Source: an uncultured delta proteobacterium (GTDB lineage Bacteria > Myxococcota_A > Polyangia > Polyangiales > Polyangiaceae). From it: DNA of 64,000 nucleotides. The position numbers and the translations under genes were made by a program. Positions 18,186 to 26,378 of this stretch are shown one piece after another. The notes under the pieces are model-generated. The model did not search any database. It was not told where the DNA came from and saw only the letters and a list, made by a program, of their open reading frames with translations. The DNA lies in contig CAVOKF010000005.1 in the NCBI GenBank assembly GCA_963696385.1, positions 736,001-800,000 on the forward strand, given 5' to 3'. Every line of letters begins with the position of its first letter. Position 1 is the first letter of the stretch.

Positions 18186-18596
18186 ATGGCGCAAGCACGC
18201 ACGACGAATCGCGGGAGCGACGCGCGCATCGGCAGTACCGCCCGAATCCGCGGTCGCATTCACGGGGACGGCGATCTCGTCGTCGAAGGGCAGGTCGAAG
18301 GCGCCGTCGCATTGCGCGGGGATCTCACGATCGCCGAGGGGGCAATGGTCTCAAGCGAAGGCATCGAAGCCACCTCCGTCACGATCGCTGGCGCGCTCGA
18401 AGGCGACACGTTGGCCAGCGGCGCGGTACGGCTTGCGGCCAGCGCGCGTGTTCGAGGCAATATCCGAGCGACCGCGATCGTCATCGACGACGGCGCCCGC
18501 TTTTCGGGGAGGCTCGATTGCGAGTTCGATCTGCCGACGGAGATCGGCGGGGTTTCGCGCGGTGAGCCGCGCGGCCGTGCTTCAACGCGGCGCTAA
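18186..18596 (+). CDS. Bactofilin (BacN-like)
   Basis: IRGRIHGDGDLVVEGQVEG...VRGNI...IDDGARFSG beta-helix repeats. Confidence 0.92.
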   Translation: MAQARTTNRGSDARIGSTARIRGRIHGDGDLVVEGQVEGAVALRGDLTIAEGAMVSSEGIEATSVTIAGALEGDTLASGAVRLAASARVRGNIRATAIVIDDGARFSGRLDCEFDLPTEIGGVSRGEPRGRASTRR

Positions 18597-18636
18597 ACCT
18601 CTCCCGGTGTGAAAATCCAGGCTAATCGGAGACATC

Positions 18637-18951
18637 ATGGCGAGCACGGTCATCGGCGCAGGGATCACGATCGAAGGCGAGATTACGACGGAGGAGGACA
18701 TCGTGGTCGCAGGCACCGTGCGCGGTAAATTGTCCGCGAAGGAGGCCGTGACGATCGAGTCGGGCGCGACCGTCGAGGCCGACGTGCAAGGCGGATCGCT
18801 CGCCGTGGCAGGGACGCTCACCGGCAACGTCACAGCCGGCGATCGCGTCGATCTCCAGTCGGGTGCGCGGGTGGTCGGAAACGTCAAGGCCGCGCGAGTG
18901 ACCATTGCCGACGGCGCCCAGTTCAAGGGCAACGTCGACATGGACGTGTGA
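18637..18951 (+). CDS. Bactofilin (BacO-like, minimal domain)
   Basis: TVIGAGITIEGEI...IADGAQFKGNVDM; GGAGA RBS. Confidence 0.94.
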   Translation: MASTVIGAGITIEGEITTEEDIVVAGTVRGKLSAKEAVTIESGATVEADVQGGSLAVAGTLTGNVTAGDRVDLQSGARVVGNVKAARVTIADGAQFKGNVDMDV

Positions 18952-18954
18952 GCC

Positions 18955-19557
18955 ATGGCCGACAACAACACTACGGTCATTGGCCATGCCGCGCGGGTTC
19001 GTGGCCGGCTGACGGGCGAAGTCAGCGTCCATGTGCACGGTTTCGTCGAAGGCGAGATCGCGGTCGAAGGCGATGTCACGGTCGAGTCCTCGGGGATTGT
19101 CGACGCCACCATTCGGGGCCGGCGTCTGGTAGTCCGGGGAGCCGTCCGGGGCGATTTGATTGGGGGTGAGTCAGTCGGCCTCGCCGAGGGTGCTCGGGTG
19201 GTCGGCGACATTCGCGCTCCGCGCGTGGCCATCGCACATGGGGCGCTTGCGCGTGGGGCTGTGGAAGCCGGGGACGAAGGCGAGGCGTCGGCCGTCGGGG
19301 CTCGCTCCCAGTCGGTGGGGAGGACCGCCGCAAGTCCCGCCAGTCGTGGCGCGCCGCCGCCTGCGAAGGTCGTTGCGACGTCGCCCGTAGTCCGGGCCGC
19401 TGCCAGGATCGAGGTGGCGGCTCCGGCGCCGATCGGGGCGGCCAATTCGAGTGCCGAAGCGAAGCCGAGCCACACACCAGCCCGTCGCCCGCCGCCGCCC
19501 GTCGTTCCCACACTGAAGAAAGCGAAAGGTCAGGTCCTCAAGAAGAGGGAGCGCTGA
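18955..19557 (+). CDS. Bactofilin with Pro/Ala-rich basic tail (BacP-like)
   Basis: Bactofilin domain, disordered tail ending PPPPVVPTLKKAKGQVLKKRER. Confidence 0.9.
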   Translation: MADNNTTVIGHAARVRGRLTGEVSVHVHGFVEGEIAVEGDVTVESSGIVDATIRGRRLVVRGAVRGDLIGGESVGLAEGARVVGDIRAPRVAIAHGALARGAVEAGDEGEASAVGARSQSVGRTAASPASRGAPPPAKVVATSPVVRAAARIEVAAPAPIGAANSSAEAKPSHTPARRPPPPVVPTLKKAKGQVLKKRER

Positions 19558-19804
19558 CAGCGGGTGGGATCGTTCGAGCTCCGCAGCGTTTTTACAGTCG
19601 CGCAACGTTGCAGCTCGTCGGGAGAACCATGCGACCTTGCGCCGGTTCGGGTGGCGAGCACGAAAGGGGTTTTCGAGGTTGGGCGCCACGCCGACCCCAC
19701 GGCGGGCGCGTTCGAAGTCGCCGGCGATCGCGGCGACAAAAACGCGCTTCATGGGTGCACCCTGGGCTTGCGCAGCGCTATGCTCGGGATCCGACGGAGT
19801 TCGG

Positions 19805-20647
19805 GTGGAACCTCGACGCATCGACATTTTGAGCGATTCGACAGGCGAAACGGCCGAAAAGGTCGTGCGCGCTGCCATGCTGCAGTTCCCGCACTCCGGG
19901 GTGCAGATCCGTTTGCACCCGCGCGTTCGGGCAAAAGAGGCTGCGCGCCCCATTCTCGAGAACGCTTCGAAAGAAGGCGCTCTCATTGTGTTTACCGTGG
20001 TCGGGCCAGAGCTGCGCGAGTACATCCACGCGGCTTGCTACGAACTGAAGCTCGAAGCTCTGGACGTAATCGGTTCGCTCATCGGGAAGCTCGCGACCTT
20101 CCTTGACCGGCAACCCATCAATATGCCGACGGGCAAATTGGCGCTGACAGAGGAGTATTTCCGGCGCATCGAAGCTGTGGAGTTTGCGGTCAAGAGCGAC
20201 GACGGCAAAGAGCCGCGGAACTTCAAGAGGGCGGATTTGGTGCTCTGCGGAGTGAGCCGGACCAGCAAGACCCCACTTTGCACGTTGCTGGCGCAGCGCG
20301 GGCTCAGGGTCGCCAACCAGCCGATCGTGCTGGGCGTCCCGTTGCCGTCCGAGCTCGAAGAGGCTCCGCAAGAACGCATCGTCGGGCTCACGATCGAGCT
20401 TGATCACTTGGTCGAGATCCGCAAATCCCGCCTGAAGCAACTCGGCATGCCCATGGACCCGGGTTACGGTCTGCGGGATCAAGTGAAGCAGGAGCTGGAC
20501 TACGCGAACCACATTTTTGGCGATCATCCGAAGTGGCCGGTCATCGACGTCACGGGCAATGCGATCGAGGAGACTGCGGTGATTATTTTGGAATCACTCG
20601 GCCGCCGCGACGACGCGACGGACTCCGCCCGGACCGGGCCGCGCTGA
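19805..20647 (+). CDS. ppsR: PEP synthase/PPDK regulatory kinase-pyrophosphorylase (DUF299)
   Basis: ILSDSTGETAE, YFRRIEAVEF..DDG, GVSRTSKTP, AIEETA; start taken as GTG 19805. Confidence 0.92.
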   Translation: MEPRRIDILSDSTGETAEKVVRAAMLQFPHSGVQIRLHPRVRAKEAARPILENASKEGALIVFTVVGPELREYIHAACYELKLEALDVIGSLIGKLATFLDRQPINMPTGKLALTEEYFRRIEAVEFAVKSDDGKEPRNFKRADLVLCGVSRTSKTPLCTLLAQRGLRVANQPIVLGVPLPSELEEAPQERIVGLTIELDHLVEIRKSRLKQLGMPMDPGYGLRDQVKQELDYANHIFGDHPKWPVIDVTGNAIEETAVIILESLGRRDDATDSARTGPR

Positions 20648-20690
20648 CCGCTTTCTGCCGGGCGTCATCGAGGGCGGCGACAAGAAGCCG

Positions 20691-22658
20691 ATGATGGGGC
20701 TGCGTGGCTGTGCCGTGCGACTGCTGGGCATTCCGCTGGCAGCATGCTCGCGCCCGGCGCACGTGACCGTGGAGGCCGACGCCTCGACCTTCTCCGTTTC
20801 GGCGGCCATTCCGGCCTCCCGTGCCGCTGCCTCGGTTGCCGAGGAGCCACCGACGGTTCAGCGGTGCGGCGAGCCCGCCGATGTAACCTGGTTCACTTCG
20901 CCGGAGCGTCCGGTTGGAGGCCAGCCGCTGCGTGTCGTCGCCGTCATGGATCGGCCCGTCGATGCGCGACTGACGGTGAGCCTGCTGCCGGAGGCGACAG
21001 CGGTGGATGTGCTGGAGCCTCGAGGCGGTCCGCCCTTTTTCTGGCTTGCGCGAATCGCAGCGCCGGGCGTGGGAACGTGGCGGGCCACCCTTCGCCGCAG
21101 CCCCGAGTGCGGGGCAGCGACTCTCGCCGTCAAGGAGGGCAGGGTGAGCGCGACAGCCGCCGCGCCGCTGGGCGTGCCACGGACCTCCTTATGGGCGACC
21201 CGACACGCCTGGTCGCCGTCGATGGAGGACATTTACTCGGCGTGGGTGGAGCAGCTCTTCGACGCGCCAATCGGCGAACAGTCCACCTTTGCCGCGCTTC
21301 ACGACGTGCTGCGGGACCCGCGTCGGAATTTTCTCTTCGATCACCTGGGGATGCACGAGGACCAGCAGGGAATCACAGTCCGGCCCGATTGTGCCGATCT
21401 CCCTTATTTTCTGCGCGCGTACTTCGCGTTCAAGTTGGGGCTTTCCTTCGGTTGGTCGCACTGTTCGCGAGGCGAAAACGGCGCTCCGCCTCGCTGTTCG
21501 GACTTCGCGACGAACGAAGACCCTTTTCCGCCGTCGATCGACCCGCCGACGACGTTGCCACCGTGGGCGGACCCGGGTCGGGATCGCTCCGGTCCATGGG
21601 AGAACAACATAAAAAGGCTCGGCGAGTTCTTTCGTACGACGCTCGCCGACGCGGTCCAGTCCGGCGCCGGCCGTACGCCCGCCGATGCCGAGGAGAGCGA
21701 TTTCTACCCCGTGACTGTCTCGCTCGATTCGCTGCGTCCGGGGACCATTTTCGCCGATCCGTACGGTCACGTGCTCGTCATCGCGTCGCGCATTCCTCAG
21801 GCTGCCTCGGCTTCGGGCGTTCTTCTCGCGGTCGACGGTCAGCCCGACGGCACCGTGTCTCGAAAGCGGTTCTGGCGAGGCAACTTTTTATTCGCGATCG
21901 ATGCGGCGCTCGGAAGCGCTGGGTTCAAGCGCTTTCGCCCCATCGTTCGAGAACCGGTCACGGGGCACCTCGTGCACGTGAAAAACGCCGACATCGCCGA
22001 CTACTCGCCGACCGATCAGTACTCCGCCGGCGTGGAAGGGTTCTACGACAAGATCGAGGACTTGCTGTCACCCGCTGCCTTGAGCCCAACTCAGGCATTG
22101 ACCGAAACGATCCAGGCACTCGAAGAGCAGGTCAAGACACGCGTGACCTCGGTGGACAATGGACGGAGGTTTCTGGCGAGCGGTCGGTCGGTCGCCGATA
22201 TGCCCGATGGTGAAAAGATCTTCGAGACCACGGGAGCTTGGGAGGATTTTGCGACCCCTTCGCGTGACCTCCGGCTCCTCATTGCGATCGACGTGATGCG
22301 CACTCTGCCGGGACGAATTGAAAGGCGCATCGAACACTACGCCGAGCCGGAGAAGTTGCGCGCCGATCAGGTGCGCGAGGACCTCGAACGACGAGTCGCG
22401 CTCGAGTTGCGAGATCGCAGGTTCCGATACGTGCGCAGCGACGGGTCAGAATGGGAGCTGTCACTGGAGGACGTGGTGGAGCGCCAAGACGCCTTGGAGA
22501 TGGCCTACAACCCGAACGACTGTGTCGAGGAGCGGTGGGGGGCTTTGCCCGGGACCCCGGAGGCGGCCACGTGCACGGCCCATGCGCCGGCGGCGCAACG
22601 CGACAAGATGGCGGGGTACCGCATGTGGTTTCACGATCGTCGGCGTCCGCCACGCTGA
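20691..22658 (+). CDS. Large hypothetical lipoprotein with a possible papain-like Cys/His dyad
   Basis: Lipobox LAAC; PDCADLPYFLRAY and LRPGTIFADPYGHVLVI. Confidence 0.8.
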   Translation: MMGLRGCAVRLLGIPLAACSRPAHVTVEADASTFSVSAAIPASRAAASVAEEPPTVQRCGEPADVTWFTSPERPVGGQPLRVVAVMDRPVDARLTVSLLPEATAVDVLEPRGGPPFFWLARIAAPGVGTWRATLRRSPECGAATLAVKEGRVSATAAAPLGVPRTSLWATRHAWSPSMEDIYSAWVEQLFDAPIGEQSTFAALHDVLRDPRRNFLFDHLGMHEDQQGITVRPDCADLPYFLRAYFAFKLGLSFGWSHCSRGENGAPPRCSDFATNEDPFPPSIDPPTTLPPWADPGRDRSGPWENNIKRLGEFFRTTLADAVQSGAGRTPADAEESDFYPVTVSLDSLRPGTIFADPYGHVLVIASRIPQAASASGVLLAVDGQPDGTVSRKRFWRGNFLFAIDAALGSAGFKRFRPIVREPVTGHLVHVKNADIADYSPTDQYSAGVEGFYDKIEDLLSPAALSPTQALTETIQALEEQVKTRVTSVDNGRRFLASGRSVADMPDGEKIFETTGAWEDFATPSRDLRLLIAIDVMRTLPGRIERRIEHYAEPEKLRADQVREDLERRVALELRDRRFRYVRSDGSEWELSLEDVVERQDALEMAYNPNDCVEERWGALPGTPEAATCTAHAPAAQRDKMAGYRMWFHDRRRPPR

Positions 22659-22747
22659 AGCGCGCGTGTCGGCCGCTCTGCGCCGCGTTTGCCAGTGCGG
22701 TGTCGGGCCTTGCGCCACCGATGCTGTGCTAACCACACGAGCCGCTC

Positions 22748-23674
22748 ATGTATTTCCAAGACGTGATCCTGGCACTCGAGGCGTTCTGGGCGAAGCGGGG
22801 TTGTCTCATCGTGCAGCCTTACAACAGCGAGGTCGGCGCCGGGACATACAATCCTGCGACCTTCTTGCGCGCACTGGGTCCGGAGCCGTGGAGCGTCGCT
22901 TACGTCGAGCCGTCTCGACGTCCGGCCGACGGTCGGTACGGCGATAATCCGAATCGCACGCAGCAGTTTCACCAGTACCAAGTGATCCTCAAGCCTTCGC
23001 CGATCGACATCCAGGACCAATACGTGGAGTCGCTTATCGCGCTGGGAACGAGGCCGGCGGATCACGACGTGCGTTTCGTCGAAGACGATTGGGAGTCGCC
23101 TACACTCGGCGCGTGGGGTCTGGGCTGGCAAGTCTGGCTCGATGGGCTCGAAATCTCGCAATTTACGTACTTTCAGCAGGTGGGTGGCTTCGATTGCAGG
23201 CCGGTCAGCGGGGAGCTGACGTACGGTCTCGAGCGCATTTGCATGCACCTGCAGAACGTCGAGTCCTTTTGGGAGATGCAATGGGCGCCGGGCATTTCTT
23301 ATGCGGAGCTCGTGCGTCAGGGCGAGTGGCAATGGTCGACCTACAACTTCGAGCAGGCGGACGTCGCCGCGCATTTTGCCCGGTTCGACGAGTGCGAGAA
23401 GGAGTGCAAGAGGCTGCTCGGCGTCGGGGCGGACCCTGCGAAGAAGCTCGTGTTGCCCGCATACGATTTCGTGATCAAGGGCGCGCACGCGTTCAACGTC
23501 CTCGACGCGCGCGGCGCGATTGGCGTGACCGAACGGCAGCGATTCATCGGCCGCGTCCGCGCCATGGCCAAGGGAGTCGCCGAAGCGTGGTTGGCGCAAC
23601 GCGAATCTCTGGGCTTTCCGCTGATCAAGGCTCGCGTTGCGGATGCCTTCGCCGAATCGAATCGACGCGGATGA
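22748..23674 (+). CDS. glyQ: Glycine--tRNA ligase alpha subunit
   Basis: [54 protein letters not shown]. Confidence 0.98.
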   Translation: MYFQDVILALEAFWAKRGCLIVQPYNSEVGAGTYNPATFLRALGPEPWSVAYVEPSRRPADGRYGDNPNRTQQFHQYQVILKPSPIDIQDQYVESLIALGTRPADHDVRFVEDDWESPTLGAWGLGWQVWLDGLEISQFTYFQQVGGFDCRPVSGELTYGLERICMHLQNVESFWEMQWAPGISYAELVRQGEWQWSTYNFEQADVAAHFARFDECEKECKRLLGVGADPAKKLVLPAYDFVIKGAHAFNVLDARGAIGVTERQRFIGRVRAMAKGVAEAWLAQRESLGFPLIKARVADAFAESNRRG

Positions 23675-24207
23675 AGCCCCACGTCGCGTGTCTGTTCGCT
23701 GCGTGCGTTGCTTGCGGGCATCCGCTCGATGCGCGCTACGCTCCGCGTGAGCCGGGGTGCGCCGTCGAAAAATTCCCGGGCGCTCCGAAGTCGGACGTGG
23801 ACGACCTCGGAATCGTGTCCGTCGACTGCAGGTCCGAATCATCGTGCGATCGCCAACTGCTCGACGGCGTTTGCGCGCGCGGCGGCGATGTCGCCTGGGG
23901 TTTGGCTGACAACGCCTTGACGGCAACCCATCGGGTGGCCCGTGCGGCGCACACGAGGCGGTCGGCACAGAGCCCGCGCGAGCGCGGATGCCCGGTGCAG
24001 CTGTTCGAGGAGGCGCCACCCATGCCGACCGAAAACATCGGGCCCGTGTCTGCCCTTTGCGCCGAGGACGATTCCCATGAGACTTGCCTGCGGGAGCTCG
24101 AGGACCAAGTGTGTCTCCTCGGCGGTGACGTACTGTGGGAGGTGGAGGGGCGCTTGGTCGAAGGCAACAAGCATCACTTGCGGGGCCGCGCGGCCCACAC
24201 GAAGTGA
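23671..24207 (+). CDS. Cys-rich lipoprotein with an internal domain duplication
   Basis: ATGA overlap with glyQ; lipobox-like CVAC; two repeats PRExGC...C...C..xL...VC..GGDV.W. Confidence 0.8.
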   Translation: MKPHVACLFAACVACGHPLDARYAPREPGCAVEKFPGAPKSDVDDLGIVSVDCRSESSCDRQLLDGVCARGGDVAWGLADNALTATHRVARAAHTRRSAQSPRERGCPVQLFEEAPPMPTENIGPVSALCAEDDSHETCLRELEDQVCLLGGDVLWEVEGRLVEGNKHHLRGRAAHTK

Positions 24208-24220
24208 CGGAGGCCGCGTT

Positions 24221-24523
24221 TCATTCGAGGCATTTTTCGAATGCCTCGGGGGTCACGGCGTGCATGGCGCATTCGAACTCGACGCGGCCCACTTCGGAGC
24301 TGCAGTTCTTGAAGGCGTCGTCGCCGCGAGCCTCGCGTTTTTCGCGCTGCCGCTCGGACTCGATCTGGGCGGCCGAAGCGTCCGGGTCTCGAGCGGTGAC
24401 GACGAGTCCCGCGTACCGGTCGACAAGCTGCTCGCATTCTGCGGCGCTCGCCTTGGGCCGGCAGGCCGATAGTCCCGCCACGAGGGCGCATGCCAGAGTG
24501 CAGACCGGAGCCGCGCGATTCAT
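24221..24523 (-). CDS. Small Cys-rich helical lipoprotein
   Basis: Lipobox LSAC; four further Cys; ATGA-coupled to the upstream paralog. Confidence 0.8.
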   Translation of the reverse strand: MNRAAPVCTLACALVAGLSACRPKASAAECEQLVDRYAGLVVTARDPDASAAQIESERQREKREARGDDAFKNCSSEVGRVEFECAMHAVTPEAFEKCLE

Positions 24524-24819
24524 CGAAGGCATTGATCCAGCTCTTGCGCGGTGTTCGCTCGCTTGACGCAGGAAATCGTCCAATCCGTCACCCGCAGGCC
24601 CTCGCACGATGTGAGTTCACTCTGCAGTTCCGATCGGACCTGCTCCTCGCGCTTGCGAATGGCGGATGGGTCGGTCAGGCTCATCTGCCTCATCTGGAGT
24701 TCCACGCTCCTGTCGACGATGAGCCGACAGTCGCCTTCCGTGGCTCGGCGACCGCACCCTGCCGCGAGGACCCCCGCTGCGACGGCAACGCGGCCGAGCG
24801 AGGCAAAGCGGAAGCGCAC
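24520..24819 (-). CDS. Small Cys-rich helical lipoprotein, paralog of the downstream gene (start uncertain)
   Basis: Lipobox AAGC; similar Cys spacing (DCRLIVDR...SC...SCVKRANTAQELDQCLR). Confidence 0.75.
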   Translation of the reverse strand: MRFRFASLGRVAVAAGVLAAGCGRRATEGDCRLIVDRSVELQMRQMSLTDPSAIRKREEQVRSELQSELTSCEGLRVTDWTISCVKRANTAQELDQCLR

Positions 24820-25031
24820 GCGCGCACGCCTAGCACGTTTCCGACGGGCGTGGCGCTCGGGCGGCCGCGGAAGTACCCGCGCCTCAAACGCGAGGTCCTC
24901 GGCACCGGGATCATTTCCGCTATGATCGTTGGTGGCAGCGCCGAAGGAGCGCGCGATGTGCGGTCGTGGCTCGATCGATTTACAGCCGGGGTCATCCCCG
25001 AAGGGGCCGCCCATCCCGATGGAGACTCGAA

Positions 25032-26378
25032 GTGAAGCCTTTCGAATTGCTACGAGCGCGGTCCCTCGGCTTATGCGTGGGCGCGGCACTTGCCGTGTGG
25101 CCCCTTCCTCTCTGGGCCGCCACCGGTGGATCGGACACGGGTGCGTTCCAACGAGCGCTCGCAAAGGGAGCCTTCACGGCGCTCGCCGCCAGTTACGGCT
25201 TCGGCCTCGTCACGAGCCTCACGCCGTGCGTGTACCCCATGATCGCGATCACGGTGTCGGTGTTCGGCGCGCGGGAAGCAGCCAGCCGCACTCACGGTGC
25301 GCTGCTGTCGTTGACGTTCGTTCTGGGTATTGTGTGCCTCTTTGCGCCGCTCGGGGTGGTCTCGGCCTTGGTCGGTCGCGGCTTCGGAGCCGCTCTCGGC
25401 GATCCACCGGTGGTTGCGGCGATCGCGCTCGTCTTTCTCGCGCTTTCGGCTTCGCTCTTCGGGGCCTTTGAGCTTGCCCTTCCGCCCGCGTTGAACAACC
25501 GCCTGGCGAGTCTGGGAGGTGCCGGCTTCGGTGGCGCGTTTCTGCTCGGTCTCATGTGCGGCGTGGTCGCCGCCCCGTGCGTCGGGCCCTTTTTGTTCAG
25601 TTTGCTCGGGTGGATCGCGACGACGCGCAACCTCGCGCTCGGCTCTGCGGCGATGGCCTCCTACGGACTCGGCCTCGGCACGTTGTTCTTTCTCGTGGGC
25701 GCCTTCGCCGTCAATCTTCCAAAGGCGGGCGCGTGGATGATGGGTATCAAATGGCTCGGGGGCGTGGCCCTGGCGTACTTGGCGCTGGCCACGCTGCGCG
25801 ACGCGCTGCCGACTGATACGGTTCGAAAAGTGGTCCTTCCCGGGGCGCTCTACGGGGCGGTGGGAATCGCGATTCTCGCCGTTGGCGTGGGCCTTGCGGC
25901 CGTCCACGTCGCCGCCGAGCGACGCCGCTCGCCGATCGCGAGGCTTTCGAAGCCAGCCAAGATCGCTTCGATCGCGCCGGCTGTCATCGGACTTTGGGTG
26001 GTCCTCACCTGGTGGCAAATCCGTGTGCCGCAGCTCGCGTGGGAGGCCTCCGAATCGACGGCCCTGGCACGGGCCACGAGCGAAAGGCGACCCCTGCTCA
26101 TCGACTTCGGCGCGAGCTGGTGCGGCGCGTGCAAGGAACTGGAGCGAGAAACGTTTCCCGACCCACGCGTTCGCGCCGAGGGAGCGCGCTTTGTCGCGCT
26201 CCATGTCGACGCCACGAACGAGGACGATCCGGAGGTTGCTCGTGTTCTCCGCAAGTACGGAGCGACCGAAGGACTGCCGGTCCTTCTTCTTTTAGGCAGC
26301 GACGGGAAGGAGGCGTTCCGGTTTACGGAGTTCGTCGCGCCAGAGCGTCTCGCCCGAGCACTCGTCGAGGTTCGGTAA
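25032..26378 (+). CDS. DsbD/CcdA-type thiol-disulfide transporter fused to thioredoxin
   Basis: SLTPCVYPMI, AAPCVGP, LPKAGAWM, DFGASWCGACKE. Confidence 0.93.
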   Translation: MKPFELLRARSLGLCVGAALAVWPLPLWAATGGSDTGAFQRALAKGAFTALAASYGFGLVTSLTPCVYPMIAITVSVFGAREAASRTHGALLSLTFVLGIVCLFAPLGVVSALVGRGFGAALGDPPVVAAIALVFLALSASLFGAFELALPPALNNRLASLGGAGFGGAFLLGLMCGVVAAPCVGPFLFSLLGWIATTRNLALGSAAMASYGLGLGTLFFLVGAFAVNLPKAGAWMMGIKWLGGVALAYLALATLRDALPTDTVRKVVLPGALYGAVGIAILAVGVGLAAVHVAAERRRSPIARLSKPAKIASIAPAVIGLWVVLTWWQIRVPQLAWEASESTALARATSERRPLLIDFGASWCGACKELERETFPDPRVRAEGARFVALHVDATNEDDPEVARVLRKYGATEGLPVLLLLGSDGKEAFRFTEFVAPERLARALVEVR

